A DNA stretch of 64,000 bases, taken from Eledone cirrhosa. Lineage: Eukaryota. The notes below the pieces were generated by a model. It was not told the origin of the DNA and ran no database searches. It saw only the letters and a list, made by a program, of their open reading frames with translations. A program made the translations under genes and the position numbers. Positions 1-11,039 of the stretch are shown here, one piece after another. The first letter of the stretch is position 1. Each line of letters begins with the position of its first letter. Where the stretch lies: NCBI GenBank assembly GCA_964016885.1, contig OZ024740.1:70618001-70682000 (forward strand), given 5' to 3'.

Positions 1-144
1 GAGAAAAATTATAAAAGGGTATGGATATTCCAACAGGCACTAGGTACCTACAGAAATATGCATGGTGTTTATAATATATATATAAGTTATTCCGGGTTGA
101 ATCGGAGGTAACCACAGTAAGTAACTCAATACATATATATATAT

Positions 145-553
145 ACAAATACAAATATAAATTTAGCGAGAATCGCATTTCGGCGGGTAGAAATTAGCGA
201 AACGCAACTTCTATATTGTGCAGACAAGCACTCCATGGATATGAAGAAGATACCAGAGCTATAAACATAAGTTAAAATGGTCATACACGCCGAGACGATG
301 GTTAAGAAGCCATTAATCACCCTAGCCAAAAAAGCGAACAAGCTAAACGGGCCAAACAAAATGAGATATGATTGAAATATTTACCCGGACCCTCGGGGAA
401 GATGGAATACTCCGAAATTGTGTTTCTGCAACACCTAAATCAATAATACTGTCTGCTTATAAAAAATAAGCTTTCGGTATAATGATCGAACAAGGCATCG
501 CTTTCTCAACAGGTTGTTGTTCTCCTTGTGCCAGAATCTCGCAGGTTATGAAA
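145..553 (-). mobile_element. Non-coding 3' tail (pLTR-like) of a PLE family, bounded by (TA)n
   Basis: Clearly similar to 28615-29000 (AGCGAGAATCGCATTT-CGGCGGG...ACACCTAAATCAA...GTCTGCTTA). The 3' terminus of that copy recurs inverted beside the GIY-YIG remnant at 28370-28545. Confidence 0.55.
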
Positions 554-581
554 GCACATATATATATATATATATATATGT

Positions 582-623
<42 letters not shown>

Positions 624-669
624 ATATATATATATGTATATATATATACATATGTGTGTGTGTGTATGT

Positions 670-740
<71 letters not shown>

Positions 741-754
741 CAATCTTTTAAGAT

Positions 755-1161
755 GAGATGACTCCTTAGCCTTTGTCAAGGTAGAATTCTAGGAGAAGGA
801 AAACTCTGATATAACACCTGCAACCCTGATGGTATCCAATGATGTTGACTTGTTCATCTTTTTGGTAAATATCGTCTTGGTTAAGAGAGTGGGACTGGCT
901 TTGTGCAGTGCCTTTGCTCACTATAAAAGCTTCACGGCCCAGGCATTGCTTTATATCTGGAGATTTCTCTGCACTTCTCGTCACATGATACCATGGGCCC
1001 AGCACTATGTGTCAATAATTGTCACAAGTGTAGTGTATGTACCAGAGTTTTCAAATCGCTGGCTGGACTAAAAAGTCACACTGGTTCAGCGCATCGGTAG
1101 GGGCTCTCCTACATGGATATAAAGTAGTGGCCGTACTTGAAAACGAGTTGGCAGCCACCAT
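755..1161 (+). mobile_element. Bipartite RTE-derived non-autonomous element, 5'-truncated copy
   Basis: Near-identical to 23146-23715, 48293-48898 and 57864-58472. The 3' half encodes [22 protein letters not shown] (C2H2 finger) and ends in TACTTGAAAACGAGTTGGCAGCCACCAT followed by (TA)n. Confidence 0.75.
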
Positions 1162-1358
1162 ATATATATATATAATGTATTTTCGTTGGTGTCGTAATGC
1201 GGCTGGACTGCCGATCGCTATATTTGATTTGCTAAGCTGTCTAAACGTATTGTTATTACTCTGGGGTACTATCCCCATCCGAGTGCTAAAGCTACAAACC
1301 GAATTTGCATTGGTTAGCTTGGTCGCAAACTAAAGCTTCGTTAATGCTGTACTAAAAT

Positions 1359-1434
<76 letters not shown>

Positions 1435-1687
1435 ATGTATGTATATATATATATATATATAGAAACTTAATGACAAGGAATGGTATGCCATCCGGAACCT
1501 GTTTATAGAATTCTGTCTGCCCTTGTTACTCTAAAAACATAAATAAATAAAATAAACTATAGCTTTGTAGAATTAGCTTTTAATGAATTCCCTTTTCTAT
1601 CAACCAATGACCTGCACCCATCCCACCCCCCACCCTCTCCTACCACTTGTAGAGACCTATAAATACCATATTTATTTTTTGATACCC

Positions 1688-1738
1688 AGATTCCTGATGA
1701 TTTCTAATGAATGAAACAGTTCTAGTCCTGTAGAATCT
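1688..1738 (+). ncRNA. Type I hammerhead ribozyme
   Basis: Stem I AGATTC/GAATCT, core CTGATGA, short stem II TTC-TAAT-GAA, GAAA, stem III CAG-ttctagtc-CTG, cleavage triplet GUA. Confidence 0.75.
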
Positions 1739-1750
1739 CATCTATATTAA

Positions 1751-1786
<36 letters not shown>

Positions 1787-1788
<2 letters not shown>

Positions 1789-1977
1789 CAAAGGAATTGT
1801 GGTAAGGAACCAGATGGACCATAACGCACCAGAGTACTCAATACTTAGGGTAGTAGAGTGGGAAATAGGAAAAAGTATGACCCCGACGGCAGAGCTCAAG
1901 CCGTTTCGACGGCTATTTCTGGACCCAGAAATAGCCATCGAAACGGCTTGAGCTCTGCCGTCGGGGTCATACTTTTT

Positions 1978-1980
<3 letters not shown>
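1787..1980 (-). mobile_element. Short PLE-tail module with near-perfect foldback (arms about 52 bp, 1870-1977) holding the 3' half of a hammerhead
   Basis: Arms carry GAAA-CGGC-ttgagctct-GCCG-TC-GGGGT. Same family at 12820-12950 and 31910-32070. Flanked by (TA)n. Confidence 0.7.
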
Positions 1981-2016
<36 letters not shown>

Positions 2017-2176
2017 ATATATATTGTTATACTTTGTGAGGGTCATGTTGTCAATAAGAAACACACGCACCAGTTGCTTTCAGTTCAATTTATTATAAAT
2101 TAAATTTATAAATTTAGGAATTTATAAATTTCCGGTTGGTTGGTTGGTTCCACGACCAGATGATTGTTCATATATT

Positions 2177-2219
2177 GTCAAAGTTCTTTCGTCACACATT
2201 CTGTGACCTCTTCAGTGAC
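2177..2219 (-). ncRNA. Minimal type I hammerhead (inverted pLTR copy)
   Basis: Reverse complement of 5975-6017. Confidence 0.6.
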
Positions 2220-2636
2220 TGGGGATTCTTTTCTTTGTTTTTGTGCCTCTCCTTTGTTCAGTCCTACGCCATCATGTTTTTGTGTGTGTTGAGTTTACAC
2301 CAACACCATCAACACCGATGTAAGAAGATTACAACTCACCAAAAAGCAAGCAGATAGGCTAAAACGAACACTAATTCTAAACATAAAAAAGAAGATTTAC
2401 AGAGAATTAAGTCATCACGAAAAACATAAGCGTAACCTAATACAAGAAATAACTAAGATCACCACACCAAGAGAAAAATTAATATTTATAAACCTTATAT
2501 GCCTTGAAGAAAAGTACATTGTTCAAGAATGTGACAAGCACTTTAACAAGAAACTAAAGTGGCTTAAACAGATAAAACTAAATCAAGATACTTTAGGTAT
2601 CCCGATAGATATCCCGACAAAATTGATGGTATAAAT

Positions 2637-5600
2637 ATGGCCAACATCTCATTAACAGATGAATTCAACAACAACAACACAAAAATATACGGCAACACTA
2701 CAGTCGACTCTGGTGAATTATCGATATTACAGCTACCACCTAAATATGCCACATATAATAAGGTAAATATGATAAAATGCTTGTCAGAAATAGAAAAATC
2801 ATTTACAAAATTACGTTGGAGCCTCAAAAACAAAAACAAAAACAAAAGTAACAACATACGCACACACACACACATATACAACACACATCCCAGCAACAGA
2901 CACACAGACACAAACAATTATAACAACAACACACACATCAACATCAACAATAATAACATACTCAGAAACAACAACAACAGACACGCAGACATAAACAACA
3001 ATAACAACACACACAACAATAATAACATACACAGAGACAACAACAACACACATCAATAACAGCACACATCAACAACAACAACAACAACACACACACATTC
3101 TATGCCTCTCACCACCATCACAATCTTAACAAACACACAGACACAGAAAACAGGTAATGACAGTAACACAGAAATAAGGGAAGGTAATAGGATTGAAAGG
3201 AGAGGGAGACTATGAATACTGACAGAGAAAATAACCAGGACGAACACACAGACACACAAAATAGAGTAGATAATAACAATGAGCCAGAGGAAAGAGACAG
3301 GAGTAATAATAAGAGACATAGAAACAACCATGAGGCTGTTGGTGGAAATAGAAATAGAAACAACACAACTAACAATAACAGTAGCATTAGTACACATAAA
3401 GCAGCAGCCTGGAACTCTACTTTTTATAATCCTTCCGATATGTCCTTCCACCTACGACGAGTCCACGCCACGATTTTAGCTTTTAACAAACGCACGCAAT
3501 TGCCGTCGAAGGTCGATGAACAAACAGAAGCACAATTTAGTATAGCTAGATCTAAACTTAGAAATATTGTAGAACAGTATAGCAAGAAGCAAAATAGAAT
3601 GGAGGCCCAGCAACTGGGAGAAAAATCTGCAAATGGCTTGCGTAAGCTCATGCAGCGCTCGCGTAATGGAGAGATAGCCTGCTTTCCAACAGACAAGTCT
3701 GGCAGAATATCGGTTGACAGTCTGCCAAACTACATCCAGGCAATGCAACCCCACATCACTAACACAAGAGAAGTAACACCACAAGAGCATGAGGATAGGG
3801 AAAAAGCCCTCAATGCCCATACGATGATGTGGACGAATATAATGCAGCCCAACAAGAGGACTGCCAACAACCTCCAGGCCTGGAACAATGACGTGCCGGC
3901 GTTGTATGGGCTTCGAAAAGACCATAAAACGGGCAGTGACCCTGTCACTGGACCACCGACACGGCCAGTCTGTGGAGCTAACATTGCTAGTAACTACAGA
4001 CTTTCCTACTTCCTCTCCCTGATCATACGCCCCATCATTGAAATGTCCCCAGATATATGTGACAGCACGGAGGACCTCCTCAGCGGAATCGGCGAGATGA
4101 AACCGATCTAGGGACCTAACAAATTGCATAATAGGTAGTATGGATGTTGTGTCCCTGTATCCATCTATTGACGTGGATATTGCTGTGGAGAAATGCGTAG
4201 AAATGATCAGTGAGAGCAATATTGAATTCCGTGGGATTGATACCAGTGAGCTGGGACTCCTACTTAAACTTACCTATAGTAATGATTATCTAGATACATA
4301 TGGCCTTAGCAACCTGTGCCCTACAAGACCAGCAAGAGGCAGACCACCTACCATTACCTCAATGGCCAATAAAACCCACACAGATAGATGGAACGGGTGA
4401 ACCAGAGCCATACGGCTCCCGATAACCACGATTAACTAAAGAAAATGATTGCACATGCGGTGGGGGCCAGTATAAAATGAACCCTTAAGGAACATATGTT
4501 AAAATTTAATGGAAAAACATATGCCCAAGAGGAGGGAGCAGCCATTGGTGTTAGCATTGCAGGTGACATAGCTAACCTATTCATGGTATGGTGGGACAAT
4601 AGACTTAAACTTAAACTTAAAGAACAATTAGAAGACAGCAACCCCTTAATCCTGATAATGTACTCCCGCTACGTTGATGATATAAACATCGTAGTAAAAA
4701 CACCCCCACTAAAGAACAGTCTGGAATTAGAGAAAAACACCATGGAAAGCATCCAGCAAATAGCTAACTCCATCCACCAGGGTATTAGAGTTACTATAGA
4801 CTACCCAAGTAAACACCCCAACCATCGATTACTTGTACTAGACACAGAGCTCTGGTTAGATACCATTAAGAACAAAAAACAAATCCTCCATTCCCATTAT
4901 GCCAAACCCATGGCTTCCAAATATCTGATCCACCGAAACTCAGCTGTTTCGGACCATACCAAAATCAACATACTGATTGCGGATTTGGTACGGGTGATAA
5001 GAAACGTGTCCCGCATGTGCAACCCCAAAGAACTAGAGAGACACATACAACACTTCATCCACCGTATGCAGTTCTCTGGTTACAATCAGAGAGATAAAAT
5101 CAGAGTATATAGAGGAGCCAGGACCAAATGGGAAAAAATGGTAAATAATTATACAAATGGGACCTGCCCCTTGTATAGCAGCAAATTTTGGAGTAGAATA
5201 GAAAGAACTTGGAATAAGGTTAATAGAATAAACTCATGGTATGATAGCAATAAATACCAGAGTGTAATGTTCATCAATACAACTCCTAGAGGTGAATTAG
5301 CTTACAAATTTAGAAGGGCCCTAGATAAATATAAACTCAATATTAAGATAGTAGAAAGACCAGGTACCTCCATAAAAACACTTATTAGCAATACATACCC
5401 TTTTCAAAGACCTGCCAGTATAGATAAGAAATGTATAATCTGTAAATTAAGCCCCCATATTAACTGTAAAACTAGAAATGTAGTATATAGCATAAGATGT
5501 ACTGAAGGACAATGTAGAGATAAGAATATAGTGTACATAGGTGAGACAGCTCGTAGTATAGGGGAACGGATAAATGAACACTGGCGAGAGCTTCAAGATA

Positions 5601-5851
5601 GTAAAGAATCATCTGTACTCCACCAACATGCTAAAATAGAACATAAGCGTAAATTAGAGAACATAGAAATAAAAATAGAATCTACACACAGAAAAGACGC
5701 AATGTTTAGACAAATCACAGAGGCAATAAACATAAATGAACTCCAACCAAAATTAAATAGAAAACATGAATGTAACAGCAACATCACAACTTACAATTAT
5801 GGACAAAATGAAACACACAAACACATAGAACAAACAACCAGTAACATGTAA
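2637..5851 (+). pseudogene. PLE polyprotein (N-terminal domain, reverse transcriptase, GIY-YIG endonuclease) with frameshifts and stops
   Basis: Motifs LPPKYA..KLRW, TDKSG, KDHK, RPVC, MDVVSLYPS, Naiad/Chlamys-type insertion LCPTR..GRPPTIT..RW, GAAIG, RYVDD, CIIC linker and VVYSIRC..YIGETARSIGERINEH..EA..LN. Frameshifts near 4097 and 4430; TGA at 4098, 4398 and 4478. Confidence 0.9.
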
Positions 5852-5974
5852 ATAAACAAATAAATAAACAAATATAAACACACACAGACACCCGGATGTA
5901 ACACACACACACACACACAAAAACAAGATGGCGTAGGACAGAACAAAGGAGAGGCACAAAGAAAAGAATCCCCA

Positions 5975-6017
5975 GTCACTGAAGAGGTCACAGAATGTGT
6001 GACGAAAGAACTTTGAC
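5975..6017 (+). ncRNA. Minimal type I hammerhead in the PLE 3' pLTR
   Basis: GTCA-CTGAAGA-g-GTCACA(gaatg)TGTGAC-GAAA-G-AA-C-TT-TGAC. Stem III is vestigial, as in PLE minimal HHRs. Confidence 0.6.
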
Positions 6018-6229
6018 AATACATGAACAATCATCTGGTTGTGGAACCAACCAACCAACCGGAAATTTATAAATTCCTAAATTTATAAATTTAATTTATA
6101 ATAAATTGATGTGAAAGCAACTGGTGCGTGTGTTTCTTATTGGCAACATGACCCTTCCAAAGTATAACAATATCGGTTTCAACACAGGTTTTCAGAAAAA
6201 GAATCTTGCTAAACAAATTCAGAAACGAA

Positions 6230-6288
<59 letters not shown>

Positions 6289-6295
<7 letters not shown>

Positions 6296-6635
6296 ATACT
6301 TGGGGAGGGTCATATTTGTGTAATATTGCCAGAATTAATAACAGAACACACTCACTGTTTGGTTGGTTTTCGCTTTTCGCTTCTGTGTCTTTTATATCGG
6401 TAATCTAATTTATTCGATTCTCAATGTTGCCATTGACTGACCAACGGTCAAAAATAATACAGATACAATATAGACACAAACACATATATATAGTTTATCA
6501 AAGTTCTTTCGTTGCACATCTGCAACAACGTTGGAATGCAAAAGTAAAATTCTGGCAATATTACACAAATATGACCCAAGTATAACAATATTTGTTTCGA
6601 CACACGATTTCATATAAAAAACTTCGCAAAACTAA
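6289..6635 (+). mobile_element. 3' tail of a sibling Naiad-type family with an inverted 5' segment
   Basis: 6289-6336 is an inverted copy of 6548-6590. It shares the ATGACCC..AGTATAACAAT terminus, the AAAGTTCTTTCG HHR remnant and the downstream tail with the element at 2022-6232. Confidence 0.6.
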
Positions 6636-6653
6636 TATATATATGTATATATG

Positions 6654-6709
<56 letters not shown>

Positions 6710-7481
6710 CATATGTGCGTATGTGTGCGTATCCCCCCACCCACACAAACATATGTACATATATATAGATTCATTCATACACACACTCACACACACTAAC
6801 GCTAAACCTCTGAGATTTATATTCTGCAGGCTTACACGTTTTCGTCCCATTTTTATCAAATAATAACCCTGTCAGTATATCCCCCATCCCCAATTCCCAT
6901 TGTCCCCTTTTTTCGCTTCCCTCCCCACCTCACAGACCCTTTTCTACCCATTTCACACCCTTCTGTACCCTTTTTCCACATCCTTCTACCCCTCTCACAC
7001 CCTCCGATACTCATCCATTCTCTCCCTTAAACACATTCACACGTTCGCAGGTTCTCAGTTTTTATCACTCGTATGTATGTGTGCATGTGTGTGTGTGTGT
7101 GCGTGTGTGTGTATATGCATGAATGTGTATGTTGAATGTATATATGTGTTCGTACGTATGTTTTGTATGTTTGTCTGTGTATGTGTGTGTGTCTGTTTGT
7201 TGATAATACTTAGACGTGCTTCACAATGCACATCTAAATTTATCTAAACATGTGGAATGATTGTTTGAATGTATGCATGTAAGCATACATACATACATAC
7301 ATATACACTTGCCTTCATATATACATACATACATGCATACATACATAAATACATACGCGCATACATGCACGCTTACTTTGCATATATACATATATACATT
7401 AAATATAAGTATATAAGTATGTAACAGCCGTACTAAGAGTGGGAAATGAAATTTCGTTTCATTTTTTCGGTTCATATATAT

Positions 7482-7860
7482 ATTTATACCTGTGATTATT
7501 GGGACACTATGATGTGTTAGTGACTGCCTCAGTGCAACTCTTGAGAAGCCGGACTTCACAGAAACAGAAAGAACATGACTAGTTAGGAAATTACAAGTAC
7601 AATTCATTAATGGAACAGTAAAATTATGTAAAACATTCCAAAAATTATGCATGTTATAACTGCATGTACGCATCTACAGATACAAAACATGCATATGCTC
7701 ACATATAACTGAAAACATCCACATTCACCCATACAATAACACCCTACTTGTACAGACATGCATGCAGACATGCAGACATAACTACCTAGTTGATGTTGTG
7801 TAAATTCCAATGAGAGAATTGTGTATCAATGTTAAAAACCGACTCTCTCTCTCTATTGGT
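7482..7860 (+). mobile_element. 3' fragment of an R4/Dong-like non-LTR element
   Basis: FIPVIIG..RKLQVQFINGTVKLCKTF; homologous to 10005-10150. Confidence 0.55.
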
Positions 7861-7954
7861 AAACATTTATAAAATTATAAAACCAGAACATACATAAATA
7901 TATACATATATGCATGCATACATACATACATACATACATACATACATACATACA

Positions 7955-8580
7955 TGATGATGATGGCTGCCCCCTCGTTATCGAGTATGGCCATTGCACG
8001 ATATACCATTATTAATAATAATTAATTAATTCTATCGTGCAATGCCTGTGCGTGAAGATATGTTTTAAAGGGAGGAAAGACTGTGCACTGAGCCAATCCC
8101 ACTCTCTGAGCGACAGTAGCTATAACCCGAAAAGAAGAAAAGATCAACATCATCGGTAACTACTGAGCCGCAGGTTTTATATCGGAGTTATCCCAGTTTC
8201 CTGAGTTGCCTTCTCCTAGAAGAATGCCCTGAGAAAGGCTAGGGGTCCTTCACTCCCAGTGGTTTAACCGCGCGATCGGGTGTCCAGCCTGACTATTTCT
8301 ATGTCCCCGCGCATATACATACACATGCACCCATGTATATACACATATACACACTACATGTACATCTGTATATACATATTTACACACTTTTGGATGGCCG
8401 TTGACCCTTATGAGTTCTTCCGCCCTTTGTCAGGTTTTGTTTTTTGTCCTGCAGGGTGTCCAAAATCACCCTCCTCACCAAGTAAACTTGGTGGGGTTGC
8501 CGGTTTAGTCGCCGACGACCCGACCTTGCGACAGGTTTTACTGGGTTACATGTTACCAGTAGCACTCAAGAGTGACCCGA
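7955..8580 (-). mobile_element. Second subfamily of the bipartite RTE-derived element, split by a microsatellite
   Basis: Shares the CTAGGAGAAGG..GAGAGTGGGA..CACAGGCATTGC and GCGACTAAAC.GGCAACCCCACC blocks with the 600-bp family. 3' end GGCCATACTCGATAACGAGGGGGCAGCC(ATC)n; the same 3' tip recurs at 21636-21680. Confidence 0.6.
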
Positions 8581-8749
8581 CATATACATACATACATACA
8601 TACATACATACATACATACATACATTACATGCACACTTGCCTTCATACATATACGCATACATAAATACATACGTGCAAACATGCATGCTTACTTTACATA
8701 TATACAAATATACATCTACGCCACTTTCTCCTTCTTTAAAGATTCAATG

Positions 8750-10150
8750 CCTCCCCATCACGCGATCTCAAATACACCAACAGGGCAAGATCAAGACACG
8801 CTTTTTAGACACTTTAAACTCTGACAGCAATTCCACGTAGTTCGTAGCAGCATCAACGATATATAAACGTTAATGGAATTTGTAAGAAAAAACGAACAAC
8901 CAAGGGATATAACACCCTGGCAATATTTGTGTACTATAAATCAGTGGCCCACAATGTGATTGTTCCAGCTGTACTAATACCAGCATTTTGTCAACTTAAC
9001 TTGAAAGTAGATTAGATCCGGGCCATTGATGTTAAAACCCGAAAAATGTTACCCGACACACCAGAAATTTCCACATTAGACCACCTCTATCTACAACATT
9101 TTTGAATGTCGCATTATATACTTTCGACATCTACCAATAACCAAGCTAAAAAGCTCATCCATAGAACAAGTCTATGAGAGGTGAGAAAGAGCTTCTTGAG
9201 AAACACTGCCAGTGATGACTAAATATACATACCCAATGGCGTTGCTCAGCACTGCCGCAACGAATCAGTCAATCAATATTCTGTATATTCGCTCTCACGT
9301 TGAAGGATATGTTTTTGCCGCCAAGGAACAGAAAATACAAATGAAATACCTGATGCACAAAAAGGATAGAGGTGAAGGTAAAATACTTCGATTCTTCAAG
9401 AGATGAAGACTATGGAATAAACATCAAGGATATTACCCATCATAAGCACCTGTTATAAGATTTTATCACAGTACTTTCTGCCTATGTGGCATGATGTAGT
9501 CACCAAAACATTATATTATGAAATCCGTTGAAAGAATAGTTCTAAAGATGAAATTATAAAGAGTTACAGCTATTTAAAAGGCATAGTCATACATAGTCAT
9601 GCATAGTATGAACGAGTCATAACTATAGAAAATATAAACATAACCGACCAGACATAACGATATGAGACAGAGAAAAGCCATGCATAATAATTGTTTCTAC
9701 TTTTGGCACAAGGCCAGCAATTACCCAGTACATTACTGGTACTTTATTTTATCGACCCCGTAAGGATGAAAGGCAAAGTTAACCTCGGCGGAATTTGAAC
9801 TCAGAATGATAAGGGCCGTAACTCTATGCGTCAAAGCATGGCGTCCGACCCTCTACCGATACTGCCAATCCACAGCCATGCATAATAATGGAAGCCAGCT
9901 GTCCAGCAGATCTTAATATAGAATTAAAAATGAATAAAAAGAAGAACACCTATACCGAACTAATAAGGGATCTGCTGATCCTCCACACTAACTATAGCTT
10001 TAGATTTATACCAGTAATCATTGGAGCACTGAGTTTAACAGAAGCCGAGTTTCACAGAACCAGAAAGAACGCAGCTAATTAGGAAATTACAAGTACAATC
10101 CATTAATGGAAGTATAAAAATATGTAAAGCGTTCTAGACGTTTAGCATCT
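8750..10150 (+). mobile_element. Decayed R4/Dong-like LINE C-terminus with restriction-like endonuclease
   Basis: Remnants HVEGYVFAAKEQ, DITHIISTC, WHDVVTK, KHNRPDI, MEASCPAD..K...Y..L, FIPVIIGAL. Many stops; interrupted by a SINE. Confidence 0.7.
9692..9873 (-). mobile_element. tRNA-derived SINE (octopus OK/OR-like), full length, 16-bp TSD
   Basis: A box TGGCAGTATCGGTA, B box GAGTTCAAATTCC, tail AAACAATTATTAT. TSD AGCCATGCATAATAAT at 9676-9691 and 9874-9889. Confidence 0.85.
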
Positions 10151-10812
10151 AATAACTGCATATACACATGTGTAGATATGGAAACGTGTACATATATATT
10201 TCAAAACAAAGATATGTGCACTCAATGACGTTAATGCCTTCACACTTACACGTAAGTAGATAGACCAACGTAATTATATATATAAAGCAACATTTTGACA
10301 GTCTATTAGAGAGTTCTTGTATCTGTTGCCAATCTTGCAATATTACCTGTGACTCATTTTTGTCGCAACCATTTTCATCTATTACGTGACACTTGTCTCA
10401 TTATTTCGTCTCGGTGCTGCCACACTGTCTAGACGTGGCTATTTCTATTAACCCAGGTTTTCCTTTTTGCACGTCACTTTCTCTATATTTGTTTTTGTCT
10501 TAGTGAGTCTAACTGACCATCTTCGTCACACATTGTTAGACCTAAACGTCGAACATTTAATTATATACGTATTTTATCCTTGGCATTTTTTTCACGTAAG
10601 ACCTGATTCGTTTCATCCTGTAAAATACTCCAGGATAATATTTGACGATCTTGTTAGACACTGTGATAGCGAAGAGACAAGCAGTACTGGTGGTAGGAGT
10701 CGGAACTGTATATGTCCATTTCGACAGGCTGATGAGTGTATCTGTGGCCAATTTTGCAATCTTATTTGTGGCGTACACAGCTCTCCCTCCTCTGCCTTCG
10801 TTGAGTTTTTCG

Positions 10813-10896
<84 letters not shown>

Positions 10897-11039
10897 CAGT
10901 GTGTGACAGTGTGTGACAGTGTGTGTACGTGCGTGTGAGTATGTGCTCATATATATATAAGCTTTCATATATATATATATGAAAGCTTTAATATTTCGGT
11001 GAGGTGGGGATACCAATGAGAACAAGCTTTGGATTGATT

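Larger units (their letters stand above)
2022..6232 (+). mobile_element. Penelope-like retroelement, Naiad-type, with an inverted pLTR copy at its 5' end
   Basis: Disrupted RT plus GIY-YIG reading frame. 2022-2289 is the reverse complement of about 5910-6172. Hammerhead in the pLTR; (TA)n on both sides. Confidence 0.9.

Noticed and set aside
465-520. CTGTTGA...GAAAGCTT as a hammerhead (also about 28935-28985)
   Set aside because: A6U core, and stems I and II do not pair convincingly.
766-1071. Recurrent 78-80 aa ORFs (MLGPWYHV.., MVSNDVDL..) as a small protein family
   Set aside because: They recur only because the 600-bp repeat is young; both strands are open and no motif is seen. The informative frame is the C2H2 relic.
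3476-4219. 247-aa minus-strand ORF, and similar ones at 13406-14521 and 38346-38693
   Set aside because: Antisense shadows of retroelement coding sequence.
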